The notes beneath the pieces are model-generated. The model was not told the origin of the DNA, searched no databases, and was given only the letters and a program-made list of their open reading frames with translations. Below are positions 1 to 10,308 of a stretch of DNA of 64,000 nucleotides, one piece after another. A program made the translations under genes and the position numbers. Origin of the DNA: an uncultured delta proteobacterium (GTDB taxonomy: Bacteria; Desulfobacterota; Desulfobacteria; Desulfobacterales; Desulfatirhabdiaceae); assembly GCA_963789395.1 (NCBI GenBank), contig CAWBKP010000009.1, forward strand, positions 68,234 to 132,233, written 5' to 3'. How positions within the stretch are numbered: position 1 is the stretch's first letter; each line of letters opens with the position of its first letter.

Positions 1-15
1 TTTCATTCGCTCCCG

Positions 16-1326
16 ATGACGACATTTTTGATAAAAACGCTGGGTTGCAAAGTCAATCAATTTGAATCCGAAACCCTGGAACAGTCGCTTGTCAACCATG
101 GGTACCGGCAGGCCGGCGGGGAAGAGGCGGCTGGTCTTTGCATCATCAACACCTGCACCGTCACGCAGAAAGCATCCATGCAATCCCGGCAGGCCATCCG
201 GCAGGCCATCCGCGCCAATCCCGGAGCCAGGATTCTGGTAACCGGCTGCTATGCCCAGACCGAACCCGAAGCCATTCAAAAAATAGCAGGCGTCCATGAC
301 ATTGTCGGGCATGGAAACAAGTCCAGGATTCCGGAAATAATTTTTCAGGCGGATGGCCTCAGTCAGGCGACGGAAAGTCACAGCCGTGCCATGAACAATT
401 GTTCCGGTTTTGAGTCTTCAGCCTTATTTCAACAAAGCCGCACCCGGCCGTTTTTAAAAATCCAGGATGGTTGCAATGCCTTCTGCACCTACTGCATTGT
501 GCCTGTTGCGCGGGGCAGAAGCCGAAGCCTTTCCATGGAATCCGTACTGGAATCCATTGGCCGACTGAAAGCTGAAGGCATTCATGAAGTCGTTCTGACA
601 GGCATTCATATCGGCCATTATGGCCTGGACCTGCACCCCCGAACCTGCCTGAGCGATCTGCTGGCTGCCATTGAAAATGACGGACGCATGGAGCGGATCC
701 GAATCAGCTCCATAGAACCCGCCGAAATTTCCGACGCATTGATCGATCGGGTTGCCGGCTCTCAGGTATTCTGCCGTCATTTTCATATTCCGCTTCAAAG
801 CGGGGACAATGGCGTGTTACAGCGGATGAACCGGCCTTACACACGGGAACTGTTTCAAGAACTGGTTCAACGGATTCATGACCGAATCCCGGATGCCGCC
901 ATCGGTGCGGATGTCCTGGTCGGCTTCCCCGGAGAAAGCGATGCAGCGTTTGATCAAACGCTTTCGCTGATCGAGGCGATTCCGGTCACCTATCTGCACG
1001 TCTTTCCGTTTTCGCCCAGAAAAGGCACGCCGGCGTACGGCTTTAGGGACCAGATTCCCCATTCGGTTGTCAAGACCCGGTGCAGCATTGTCAGGGCGAC
1101 AGGCAAGGCCAAAAAAAAATCATTTTATCGCAGCCACATCGGAAAAGAAGTCAAAATCCTGATCGAAGGCATGCGGAATCCTTCCACCGGCCTGTTAAAG
1201 GGCATGACTTCCAATTATATCCCGGTGATGGTTGCAGGCAAGGATCATCTCAAAAACACATTGGCAACAGCCCGGATCATCCGATTTCAGGGTGAGACCG
1301 CCATGTTCGGTGAACTTCTTTACTAA
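16..1326 (+). CDS. mtaB: tRNA t6A37 methylthiotransferase (radical SAM, UPF0004 + TRAM)
   Basis: TLGCKVNQFES N-terminus, INTCTVT, TGCYAQ, and CxxxCxxC in KIQDGCNAFCTYC. Confidence 0.93.
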   Translation: MTTFLIKTLGCKVNQFESETLEQSLVNHGYRQAGGEEAAGLCIINTCTVTQKASMQSRQAIRQAIRANPGARILVTGCYAQTEPEAIQKIAGVHDIVGHGNKSRIPEIIFQADGLSQATESHSRAMNNCSGFESSALFQQSRTRPFLKIQDGCNAFCTYCIVPVARGRSRSLSMESVLESIGRLKAEGIHEVVLTGIHIGHYGLDLHPRTCLSDLLAAIENDGRMERIRISSIEPAEISDALIDRVAGSQVFCRHFHIPLQSGDNGVLQRMNRPYTRELFQELVQRIHDRIPDAAIGADVLVGFPGESDAAFDQTLSLIEAIPVTYLHVFPFSPRKGTPAYGFRDQIPHSVVKTRCSIVRATGKAKKKSFYRSHIGKEVKILIEGMRNPSTGLLKGMTSNYIPVMVAGKDHLKNTLATARIIRFQGETAMFGELLY

Positions 1327-1369
1327 TCCTGGCGCCATTCCCGTCGGATATGAAAACCCGGCCGTATGA

Positions 1370-1397
1370 CCCACTACCCATAGCCTATTATCAACTG
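1370..1397 (+). repeat. degenerate tandem heptamer array (cccacta cccatag cctatta tcaactg)
   Basis: 7-nt periodicity read directly; same unit family as 54704-54745. Confidence 0.5.
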
Positions 1398-1412
1398 CCC
1401 CATTTTGTGAAT

Positions 1413-2600
1413 ATGCCAACCGTACGATTAAAGAAAGGCCGGGAAAAATCCCTTCTCAACCGCCACCCCTGGGTGTTCTCAGGTGCTATCGATGCGATCA
1501 GCGGAGACATCGAATCGGGTCAAACAGTTGATCTTGTATCGGCAAACGGAAGATGGCTGGCAACAGGCGCTTTTTCCCCTCAGTCTCAGATTGCCGTAAG
1601 GATCTGGTCATTTGATCAGGATGAAAAAATCTCCATCGCGTTTTTCCGGAATCGGATATCACGGGCGATTCTGGCCAGAACGCTTCCGGGAACCCGGCAG
1701 AATTTTTCGGCATGCAGGCTGATCCATTCCGAATCAGACGGACTTCCCGGCCTTACCGTCGACAAATACGGGGATTATCTGGTGTGCCAGTTTCTTTCCG
1801 CAGGCGCCGAGTACTGGAAAACCGATCTGGTTCGGATCCTGGAGGAGTTTGCCCCCTGCAAGGGCAGTTATGAACGCTCGGATGTGGCGGTCCGGGAAAA
1901 GGAAGGCCTGTCTCCGGCCACCGGGATTCTGAGCGGCGACTGCCCGCCGGAGCCGATTCTGATTGAGGAAAATAATCTCCGGTTCCGGGTGGATGTCTTA
2001 AAAGGGCATAAAACCGGTTTTTACCTGGATCAGCGGGAAAACCGCGCCATGATTCCGGAATTCTGCAAAGGGGCCGATGTCCTGAACTGCTTTGCCTATA
2101 CCGGCGCTTTCGGCGTGGCTGCGCTTGCCGCCGGCGCGAAATCCGTCACCAACATTGAATCAAATCCTGCCCTTCTGGACATGGCCAGGGAAAACACCCA
2201 GCTCAACGGACTGGATTTTTCCCGCGTGCAGAATCTGGCAGAGGATGTGTTTCACACCCTTCGCCGTTTCCGGGACAGCCGGCGCAAATTTGATGTGATC
2301 ATTCTGGATCCGCCCAAGTTTGCCGAGTCCCGGAGCCAGATACCCAAGGCCTGCAGGGGCTATAAGGACATCAATCTTCTGGCGGCAAAACTTCTGAGCC
2401 CCGGCGGAACCCTGATCACGTTTTCCTGCTCGGGGCTGATGCCGCAGGATCTGTTTCAAAAAATAGTCGCGGATGCAGCAAGGGATGCCGGAAGAACCGG
2501 GCAGATCGTTCGCAGGCTGTATCAGGCATCCGATCATCCGACAGCACTCGAGTTCCCGGAAGGGACATATCTCAAAGGACTGATCTGCAGAGTATGGTGA
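1413..2600 (+). CDS. rlmI: 23S rRNA m5C1962 methyltransferase RlmI/YccW family
   Basis: PUA-like HPWVFSGAI, GHKTGFYLDQRENR, VLNCFAYTG, ILDPPKF, FSCS, YLKG; start moved to the ATG at 1413. Confidence 0.9.
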   Translation: MPTVRLKKGREKSLLNRHPWVFSGAIDAISGDIESGQTVDLVSANGRWLATGAFSPQSQIAVRIWSFDQDEKISIAFFRNRISRAILARTLPGTRQNFSACRLIHSESDGLPGLTVDKYGDYLVCQFLSAGAEYWKTDLVRILEEFAPCKGSYERSDVAVREKEGLSPATGILSGDCPPEPILIEENNLRFRVDVLKGHKTGFYLDQRENRAMIPEFCKGADVLNCFAYTGAFGVAALAAGAKSVTNIESNPALLDMARENTQLNGLDFSRVQNLAEDVFHTLRRFRDSRRKFDVIILDPPKFAESRSQIPKACRGYKDINLLAAKLLSPGGTLITFSCSGLMPQDLFQKIVADAARDAGRTGQIVRRLYQASDHPTALEFPEGTYLKGLICRVW

Positions 2601-2610
2601 GGAAGCATTA

Positions 2611-3564
2611 ATGAAAACATTCCGAATTATCTTATGGGCTATGCTTCTGTCCCTGTGGGTCATGGCGGTAGCAAAAGCCGCTGCCCCAAGCATGGGAGCT
2701 GTTCTAAAAAATGCCCGATTCATGTCCTATACCCCAAGAAGCTTTTCCGTGGAAAACGGGCAAACGAAACCGGCATCTCCGGAAGGCATTACAGCGGATC
2801 TGACGCTGCTTCGCACCGACTTTGACTGCCTCATCACCTATTCCTGCAGCAACGGCCTCGAACAAGTCCCGGCCGCTGCTGAAAAACTCAACTATCTGTC
2901 TGTCATAATCGGCATCTGGGATCCAAAATCCGAAATCGAAATCCGGAACGCCATCCGCCTGGCAAAAAAATATCCCAAACTGATACTATCCATTTCTGTT
3001 GGCAACGAGGGAATTTATGCAAAACGGTATGCTCCGGCGGATGTCGAAAACGCAATCCATCGCATCCGAAAAGAACTTCCGTCGATTTCCCTGACCACTT
3101 CAGAGCCTTTTTTTCTGTATCTCAAGCCGGAGTATTTCGATTATTTTAACGCGATGGATCTGCTGCTTCCCAATATCCATCCCACTTTCGAAAAATGGTT
3201 TCAACCATCGGATTCCCGAAATGGCGCAGCCTTTGTCCTGAATGTGGCGGACAAACTGCAATCCCAGTATCCCAAACCTCTTATCGTCAAGGAAACCGGG
3301 CTTCCGTCGGGGCCCGTTTCGATGGGGTTTACCGAAGCGTATCAAAGCGCGTTCTGGTCCGAGCTTCTGAAGCAGTCCGGTGCTTCGGAAACCAGGGCCA
3401 TTTCCTGTTTCGAAGCCTTTGATGCGCCCTGGAAACCGGCGGTCATCAAAGGTGATTTTCCCGGAAGTGACCATATCCAGGAAGCGTATTGGGGATTTTT
3501 TTCCGCTGCGGGAAAATCAAAGCCCGTGGTCAACGCAGTCCGATCAATCCGCGGGAAATGGTAA
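2611..3564 (+). CDS. secreted glycoside hydrolase family 17 (beta-1,3-glucanase/transglucosylase)
   Basis: signal peptide; ISVGNE acid/base motif, IVKETGLPS nucleophile motif, FEAFDAPWK, EAYWG. Confidence 0.8.
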   Translation: MKTFRIILWAMLLSLWVMAVAKAAAPSMGAVLKNARFMSYTPRSFSVENGQTKPASPEGITADLTLLRTDFDCLITYSCSNGLEQVPAAAEKLNYLSVIIGIWDPKSEIEIRNAIRLAKKYPKLILSISVGNEGIYAKRYAPADVENAIHRIRKELPSISLTTSEPFFLYLKPEYFDYFNAMDLLLPNIHPTFEKWFQPSDSRNGAAFVLNVADKLQSQYPKPLIVKETGLPSGPVSMGFTEAYQSAFWSELLKQSGASETRAISCFEAFDAPWKPAVIKGDFPGSDHIQEAYWGFFSAAGKSKPVVNAVRSIRGKW

Positions 3565-4314
3565 TACATCAAAAGGCGGGGTGTCTGAGCCGTATTTTTC
3601 AAGGCGGATCTTTCCGTTTTCCATCACAGCATACGTAAAATGCTGAATCCAGTCTCCGGTATTGCAGTAGATTTTGCCGTTCCAGGAGCGCATCTCCGGA
3701 CAATGGGTATGGCCGAAAACAACGATATCCGGCCCTTGCTTCAACATATTCCTGGCAACTTGGCGATACGCACTGCGCTCGCTTTCCTGAGACCTGAAGC
3801 TACTTTGATCTCTGCTGGTTTTGGAAAATCTTTCCCCCAGGGGAACCCCCCAGTTGGGATGGAGCAGTTTGTAGGCTCTCTGGCACAGGGGATTTCGCAA
3901 AATTTTTTTCAGAACCCGATAGCCATGGTCCGAAGGCATCAGGCCATCTCCATGACTCAAGAAAACGGTTTTACCCTGAAGATTGAGATTCAGAAACCCC
4001 GAAGGGTGGACCGCAATGCCGACTTTTTCAGACAGAAATTCCCCCAGCGCAAAATCATGATTTCCCGCCAGGTAATGAATTTCAACGCCCTGTTTAACCA
4101 GCCGTCTGAGCTCATACAGCACGTGGAAATAATCCGGCCGAATGGCATGCGTGTACTCGATCCAGAAGTCAAACAAATCCCCCATGATGAATAACTGAGC
4201 AGCCTTACGGGGTATACTTTCAAAAAAACCGACCAGCCTGGCTTCCCTTTTTTCGGCGTCCGGGGCCTTTGCGCCCAGGTGGGCGTCTGAAATAAAATAA
4301 GCGCTATGGGTCAT
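3544..4314 (-). CDS. lpxH: UDP-2,3-diacylglucosamine diphosphatase (LpxH-like metallophosphoesterase)
   Basis: SDAHLG, GDLFDFW, GNHD, SHGD and GHTH motifs; ATG at 4314. Confidence 0.75.
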   Translation of the reverse strand: MTHSAYFISDAHLGAKAPDAEKREARLVGFFESIPRKAAQLFIMGDLFDFWIEYTHAIRPDYFHVLYELRRLVKQGVEIHYLAGNHDFALGEFLSEKVGIAVHPSGFLNLNLQGKTVFLSHGDGLMPSDHGYRVLKKILRNPLCQRAYKLLHPNWGVPLGERFSKTSRDQSSFRSQESERSAYRQVARNMLKQGPDIVVFGHTHCPEMRSWNGKIYCNTGDWIQHFTYAVMENGKIRLEKYGSDTPPFDVLPFPAD

Positions 4315-4321
4315 ACGATCG

Positions 4322-4939
4322 TCAATCGCCTTTGTTTTTATTGGGGAATGGGGGCGAATCCGCCGCCCGTATTGTTTCCTGAACCATCCACCGGATAGCG
4401 CAATGCGCAAGGATGGCGGCGATATGGCCGTTGAAATAAAAATGCTCGACGCCAAACTCCTGATGGTTGTAAGACAGCGTCAGGTGATCATCATCCACAA
4501 TCTCGATGACCCGGCACCGGGAAAGGGCCCTCAGGCCGATTCCCGCGGATTTGAGCACCGCTTCCTTGGCCGTCCAGTAACGGAAAAACAGCAGATCATC
4601 TACCGTCTCTCCCAGTTTCCATTCCGTTTCATCAGCCGCCATGCGGTAAAGCCCCGGCGCACAGGGCCTGATTTTCTCAATATCCATGCCAATGGGGAAA
4701 TCAGCCACGACCCCGGCAACATACTCAGATTTATGAGCCAGAGACCAGTAATAACCGCCGGATGGAAGCGGCGCACCTTCTTCGGATTTTATCAATTCGC
4801 CGAGCCTGACGCCACTTTTATCAGCCGAAAGCTGCACGGCCTGACGTGCAAGGTTGCTCAGCCGCAGGACTTTATCCCTGCCCCGCAACCGGCGGTCCAC
4901 TTCCGGAACCGCCAAAATGACTGGGTAAATAGTCTTCAG
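4322..4939 (-). CDS. Sfp-type 4'-phosphopantetheinyl transferase
   Basis: WSLAHK, IGMDIE, WTAKEAVLK motifs; start uncertain (CTG at 4939 or TTG at 4915). Confidence 0.85.
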   Translation of the reverse strand: MKTIYPVILAVPEVDRRLRGRDKVLRLSNLARQAVQLSADKSGVRLGELIKSEEGAPLPSGGYYWSLAHKSEYVAGVVADFPIGMDIEKIRPCAPGLYRMAADETEWKLGETVDDLLFFRYWTAKEAVLKSAGIGLRALSRCRVIEIVDDDHLTLSYNHQEFGVEHFYFNGHIAAILAHCAIRWMVQETIRAADSPPFPNKNKGD

Positions 4940-7092
4940 CCTTCAGCCTTTTCTCTGAGGAGAATCCGGCAGTCGGCAACGGTTGCGCCCTGCCCTTCCG
5001 CATGAACCAGCAGCGGATTAACGTCGATTTCCTGAATTTCCGGATGCCGGCAGACAAGATCCGAAAAACTGACCAAAAGTTTTTCCAGAACAGCCAGATC
5101 CACCCTTGGCCTGCCTCTGAACCCTTCCAGAAGCCTGAAGCCTTTTATCCCCCGAATCATGGTGCGGGCGGAATTCCGCTGAATCGGCGCCAGCCGGAAA
5201 ATCACATCCTGAAACACTTCCACGAAAATACCGCCCGTGCCGAACATGATCAGCGGCCCGAATATCGGATAACGGCTCATTCCCAGAATGACCTCTTCGC
5301 CGCGCGGGGCCATTTTCTGCACCAGCACCCCGCGAATCTGCGCTTTCGGATCATAGGCCGCCGCATTTCGGGTGATGGCGACATGGGCCGCCTTTACCTC
5401 TTCTGCAGTCGCCAGTCCAACCCTGACTCCGCCGGCATCGGATTTATGAAGGATCTGAGGAGATACGATTTTCATCACTACGGGATATCCGATCTCTTCA
5501 GCGATTCCAGCGGCTTCTTCCGGACTTTCGGAAAGACGGGTCGGCAGCACCCGAAATCCGTAACAGGCCAGAAGATCCAGGCCTTCCAGTTCTCCCAGGT
5601 GGAGTTGTCCCTCCTTGATACAGGTTTCAATGATCCGGGAAGCCCGATCCGAATCATGTGAAAACGTGAAATGCGCCAGAATCTGACGGTTCAGCCATCT
5701 GGAATATTTGTACAGGGCGCCAAAAGCCTTGGCCGCATTTTCCGGAAATTTATACACCGGAATCCCCTGCTCCTGAAGGTATTTAACCCCTGCGGAAACA
5801 TCCACCACCCCCATAAAACAGCACAGAATGGGCTTGTGCGTGCGCCGGGCGATTCTGGCAATGGATTCTGCCGTACCCAGCGCGTTGGTCATGGACTGGG
5901 GGGTGAGGATGACCAGCGCGCCGTCAACGCCTTCATCCCGGACCACGGCCCCCAGCGCGTTTTCGTACCGGTCCTGGGCCGCATCGCCGATCACATCCAC
6001 GGGATTATGGATATTGGCCGTTTGCGGCAGATGGCTTGAAAGGGCTTCCAGGGTCTCACTGTGGAACTGAGCCAGCCTCAGACCCGATGATACGGTCATA
6101 TCGGTTGCCACAATTCCGGGACCGCCGGCATTGGTGATTATCGCAACCCGATTGCCATCGGGAATTTTTTTTCTCAGCTTTCCCAGATTGCTGAGATTTT
6201 TATAGGCAAAGGCGGTTGCATAATCAAAGAGCTCATCGATGGAGTCCACCCGGATAATGCCGGACTGGTTGAAAATGGCGTCATACACCGCCTCCGAGCC
6301 TGCCAGCGCACCGGTGTGGGAAGCGGCAGCGGCGGCTCCTGCATGGGTTCTGCCGGATTTTATGGCCAGAATCGGTGTGGGCCGCTCACCGGAGGTGATT
6401 TCCCGGACTTCATCGATAAATTCATGGCCTCTTCGCAGCTCTTCCAGATAAATCATGATGACTTCGGTATCCTTATCGTTATGCAGATACCGAAGCAGAT
6501 CCAACTCATCCACATCGGCCTTGTTGCCGATGGAAATGAATTTTGAAAACCCGAAATCCCGGTCAGCGGCAAAGTCAAGTACTGCCGTACACAGCGCGCC
6601 GCTTTGCGAGATAAAGGACACATTGCCGGGTTTGGGCATTCTTGCCGAAAAGCTGGCATTCAGCCGCACAGCATCAAGGGGATTGATGACGCCAAGGCAG
6701 TTGGGTCCGATCACCCGGATATCCGCCTCCCGGCACATGGAGACGATCCGATTCTCGATCTCAAGCCCTTCCGCCCCCACTTCCCGGAAACCCGCGGATA
6801 CGATGACGATGCCCTTGACCCCTTTTTGAATGGCCTCTTCAACCGCTCCCAGGCAGGGTTTTGGCGGCAGAATGATCATTGCCAGATCAATGTCATCGGG
6901 AATTTTGGTTATTGAAGGAAAAGCCCTGACGCTGAGAATGGATCTGGCGCCGGGGTTAACAGGGTACAGTGTTCCCTTGTACCCCCCCTTCAAGATATTG
7001 GCAAAAATATCATGCCCGACTTTTCCCGGTGTTGTCGAGGCCCCGATGACAGCAACCGATTGCGGTGAAAAAATGGCATCCAGCTTGTCCAT
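4936..7092 (-). CDS. ADP-forming acetate/acyl-CoA ligase, fused alpha-beta type
   Basis: CoA-binding VAVIGAS, GPNCLG, SQSG, catalytic SHTG, ATP-grasp HKSDAGGV; no C-terminal GNAT domain. Confidence 0.9.
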   Translation of the reverse strand: MDKLDAIFSPQSVAVIGASTTPGKVGHDIFANILKGGYKGTLYPVNPGARSILSVRAFPSITKIPDDIDLAMIILPPKPCLGAVEEAIQKGVKGIVIVSAGFREVGAEGLEIENRIVSMCREADIRVIGPNCLGVINPLDAVRLNASFSARMPKPGNVSFISQSGALCTAVLDFAADRDFGFSKFISIGNKADVDELDLLRYLHNDKDTEVIMIYLEELRRGHEFIDEVREITSGERPTPILAIKSGRTHAGAAAAASHTGALAGSEAVYDAIFNQSGIIRVDSIDELFDYATAFAYKNLSNLGKLRKKIPDGNRVAIITNAGGPGIVATDMTVSSGLRLAQFHSETLEALSSHLPQTANIHNPVDVIGDAAQDRYENALGAVVRDEGVDGALVILTPQSMTNALGTAESIARIARRTHKPILCCFMGVVDVSAGVKYLQEQGIPVYKFPENAAKAFGALYKYSRWLNRQILAHFTFSHDSDRASRIIETCIKEGQLHLGELEGLDLLACYGFRVLPTRLSESPEEAAGIAEEIGYPVVMKIVSPQILHKSDAGGVRVGLATAEEVKAAHVAITRNAAAYDPKAQIRGVLVQKMAPRGEEVILGMSRYPIFGPLIMFGTGGIFVEVFQDVIFRLAPIQRNSARTMIRGIKGFRLLEGFRGRPRVDLAVLEKLLVSFSDLVCRHPEIQEIDVNPLLVHAEGQGATVADCRILLREKAEG

Positions 7093-7315
7093 GTACGATT
7101 ACTCCTGATTCTATGCGATATGCGTGTTCAATACAGTTTAAACAGCGCGATATGGTTGTCCATCGACCTTCTCTTTGGTATTGATCTGACAATACCTTTA
7201 TTAACGCTTGATGTAAAGACCATCATCGCGTCATGTTATACCGATTTTTCACTTTTTAAAGCATATCAAATCACAGCGTCCATTAAAGCGCAATGACGTT
7301 TTCCATCTTTCCGGA

Positions 7316-7344
7316 TTGACAGAAGAAATCATTTTTTCTATAAC
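7316..7344 (+). promoter_or_regulatory. sigma70-type promoter upstream of ppdK
   Basis: TTGACA (7316-7321), 17-bp spacer, TATAAC (7339-7344); a second TATAAT at 7350-7355. Confidence 0.6.
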
Positions 7345-7477
7345 CAGTGTATAATCTTGGCCCGACAGGACAATGGCCGTTGAAAACGCGATGGCACCGG
7401 AGTCAGTCCTTATCTCATCCGGGAAGAGACCGCAAATGACATCTTAAGACAATCTACCGAGCAGACGAGGCAAAAAG

Positions 7478-10204
7478 ATGACAAAAAAATGGGTGTATCT
7501 CTTTGATGAAGTGCAACTGGTTGAAGCGTATACAGGCGGAAGCCGGGATGCGGTTCGCGGCCTTCTGGGCGGCAAAGGCGCAAACCTTGCCGAAATGGCC
7601 AGGATCGATGTCCCCGTACCCCCGGGATTTACCGTAACCACGGAAGCCTGCAACGCCTATCTGGCCGCCGGCAGCATTTTTCCCGAAGGCATGTGGGATC
7701 AGGAAATTCAGGCCCTTCATGAGGTTGAGGCCAGAACCGGAAAGATTTTCGGCGATGCGGAAAATCCCCTTCTGGTCTCCTGCCGATCCGGCGCCAAGTT
7801 TTCCATGCCCGGCATGATGGATACGGTTTTGAACATTGGCCTGAACGATGAAACCGCTGAAGGCATGGTCCGACTGACCCAGGATGAACGCTTTGTTTAT
7901 GATGCCTACCGACGCCTGATCCAGATGTTCGGCAGTGTGGTCATGGGCATTCCGGATGAGCATTTTGAAGAAGTGATCACTGCAACCCGTCAGCGCGCTC
8001 GGGTTGAAAGCGATGCGGAGATTTCCGGCAAGGACTGGCGGGCCGTTACCGAAGAATTCAAGAAAATTTTCAGGCGCCATTCCAAACATCATTTTCCGAC
8101 CGACCCGTATGAACAGCTCAGTCTGGCAACAGAGGCGGTGTTTAAGAGCTGGAACGGCAAAAGAGCCATCGACTACCGGAATGCAGCCGGAATTGCACAT
8201 AACCTGGGAACAGCTGTCAGCATTGTAACGATGGTTTTCGGCAACATGGGCAACGACAGCGCCACAGGCGTTGCCATGACCCGAAACGGCTCCACCGGGG
8301 ACCATAAAATCGAAGGGGACTACCTGACCAATGCACAGGGCGAAGATGTAGTGGCCGGCATTCGATTGACAAAAGACATTTCCCAGTTGAAATTGGAAAT
8401 GCCCCGCGCCTATGCGGAATTTGAAGCCATCGCCAGACGTCTTGAAAATCATTACCGCGAAATGCAGGATGTGGAGTTTACCATTGAAAAAGGCAAGCTG
8501 TGGATGCTGCAGACCCGGGATGGAAAAAGAACCGCCCAGGCAGCAGTCCGTATTGCCGTGGACATGGCCGAAGAAGGGCTCATTACCCGCGAGCAGGCCG
8601 TTCTCAGGGTCACTCCGGATCATGTGGATTTTTTTCTCCATCCCCAGTTCGACAGCAAGTCCAGACAGGCGGCCAAAGCTTCGGGCGATTTTCTGGCAAC
8701 CGGCCTGAACGTCTCTCCGGGAGCCGCCTACGGCGTGGTGGCGCTGGATGCCAATCTGGCCGAATCATGGGCCAAGCAGGAAGGCAAACAGGTCATCATG
8801 GTTCGGGCCGAAACCCGGCCCGATGATGTTCACGGCATGCTGGCCGCCCAGGGCATTCTGACCAGCCGGGGCGGCAGAACCAGCCATGCGGCCCTCGTGG
8901 CCCGGCAGTTCGGCAAGCCGGCCGTTGTCGGCGTAACCGATCTGAGGATCGATATGGTTAAACGCCGCATCATGATGAAGGACAAAGTCATCCGGGAAGG
9001 GGACTGGATCTCGATTGACGGCACCGTCGGAGAAGTTTATCTCGGCAAGCTCAACACCACCATTCCGGACATCAACGACCCCTGGCTCATCAAGCTGCTG
9101 TCCTGGGCGGATAAATTCCGCCGTCTAGGCGTCTGGGCCAATGCCGACTACCCGCGGGATGCCGCCCGGGCCAGGGAATACGGCGCCGAAGGCATCGGGC
9201 TGTGCCGCTCCGAGCACATGTTTTTTGAAACCGAACGACTTCCTTTTGTTCAGAAAATGATCATGACCGACCTTCCGATCGAAAGACGCGAGGCCCTCGA
9301 CATGATTCTGCCGTTTCAGCGGGAAGATTTTTACGGCATCTTCAAGATCATGGACGGGCTTCCGGTCATCATCCGGCTGCTGGATCCGCCGCTTCATGAA
9401 TTTTTGCCCAACCATGTTGATCTGGTCCGGGATCTGTCGGATTTAAAGCTTCGCATCAAACAGGCCGCCAATCTTACGGAACTCGATGAGCTTCTCAATC
9501 AGATCCGCGCCAAGGAAACCGTTTTAAAACGGCTGGAGAACCTCAGAGAATCCAACCCCATGCTGGGAATGCGCGGGGTTCGTCTGGGGATTCACATACC
9601 GGAAGTGACCATCATGCAGGTCAAGGCGGTTTTTGAGGCAGCCTGCATGGCCACAAAGGAAGGGATTCATGTTCATCCGGAAATCATGATTCCGCTCACC
9701 TGCCATGTGAACGAGCTGAAGTTCCAACGCGAAATTCTTGAAGCTGAAGCGAAAAAGGTCATGGATGACTGGGACATGGATATCGATTATAAATTCGGAA
9801 CCATGATCGAGATTCCCCGGGCTGCGCTGACAGCCGAAAAAATCGCCGAATACGCCGAATTCTTTTCTTTTGGAACCAATGACCTGACGCAAACGACTTT
9901 TGGCATTTCACGGGATGACGCGGAAGCCAGCTTTCTGGTCCACTATCTGGAAGCAGGCATTCTGCCGCACAATCCCTTTACCACCATCGATCGGGATGGC
10001 GTGGGAGAGTTGATGAAAACCGCTCTGATCAAGGGACGGTCCGTCAAACCCGATCTGGAATGCGGAATCTGCGGTGAACACGGCGGGGATCCCCAGTCCA
10101 TTCATTTATGCCATGAACTGGGACTGACTTACGTATCCTGCTCTCCGTTCCGGGTTCCCATTGCACGCCTGGCGGCAGCCCATGCCGCACTAAAGGAAAA
10201 ATAG
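7478..10204 (+). CDS. ppdK: pyruvate, phosphate dikinase
   Basis: LGGKGANLAEM, SMPGMMDT, GGRTSHAA phospho-His motif, FSFGTNDLTQ, GICGEHGG. Confidence 0.97.
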   Translation: MTKKWVYLFDEVQLVEAYTGGSRDAVRGLLGGKGANLAEMARIDVPVPPGFTVTTEACNAYLAAGSIFPEGMWDQEIQALHEVEARTGKIFGDAENPLLVSCRSGAKFSMPGMMDTVLNIGLNDETAEGMVRLTQDERFVYDAYRRLIQMFGSVVMGIPDEHFEEVITATRQRARVESDAEISGKDWRAVTEEFKKIFRRHSKHHFPTDPYEQLSLATEAVFKSWNGKRAIDYRNAAGIAHNLGTAVSIVTMVFGNMGNDSATGVAMTRNGSTGDHKIEGDYLTNAQGEDVVAGIRLTKDISQLKLEMPRAYAEFEAIARRLENHYREMQDVEFTIEKGKLWMLQTRDGKRTAQAAVRIAVDMAEEGLITREQAVLRVTPDHVDFFLHPQFDSKSRQAAKASGDFLATGLNVSPGAAYGVVALDANLAESWAKQEGKQVIMVRAETRPDDVHGMLAAQGILTSRGGRTSHAALVARQFGKPAVVGVTDLRIDMVKRRIMMKDKVIREGDWISIDGTVGEVYLGKLNTTIPDINDPWLIKLLSWADKFRRLGVWANADYPRDAARAREYGAEGIGLCRSEHMFFETERLPFVQKMIMTDLPIERREALDMILPFQREDFYGIFKIMDGLPVIIRLLDPPLHEFLPNHVDLVRDLSDLKLRIKQAANLTELDELLNQIRAKETVLKRLENLRESNPMLGMRGVRLGIHIPEVTIMQVKAVFEAACMATKEGIHVHPEIMIPLTCHVNELKFQREILEAEAKKVMDDWDMDIDYKFGTMIEIPRAALTAEKIAEYAEFFSFGTNDLTQTTFGISRDDAEASFLVHYLEAGILPHNPFTTIDRDGVGELMKTALIKGRSVKPDLECGICGEHGGDPQSIHLCHELGLTYVSCSPFRVPIARLAAAHAALKEK

Positions 10205-10216
10205 GAAATGACAAAA

Positions 10217-10253
10217 ATGAAGCGTGAAGGCCTTACGTACCTTCACGCTTCAT
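10217..10253. terminator. 14-bp perfect inverted repeat between convergent ppdK and pilB-like genes (possible bidirectional terminator, heptamer-built)
   Basis: atgaagcgtgaagg ... ccttcacgcttcat; no clear U-tract. Confidence 0.6.
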
Positions 10254-10308
10254 GCTTCAGTCTGCAAGAAGACTTCATGGATGTCTTCCATCGCAACAGT
10301 CTGCTATT

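Noticed and set aside
186..211. 12-bp tandem duplication ccggcaggccat
   Set aside because: In-frame, encodes RQAIRQAI within an ordinary MtaB helix; not a separate element.
5657..5672. tgtgaaaacgtgaaat, weakly parS-like
   Set aside because: Several mismatches, not palindromic, and inside a CDS.
4936..7092. protein lysine acetyltransferase (Pat/YfiQ)
   Set aside because: No GNAT domain, and the catalytic His (SHTG) is retained.
7454..8641. 395-aa antisense ORF
   Set aside because: Shadow of ppdK on the opposite strand, with no recognisable motifs.
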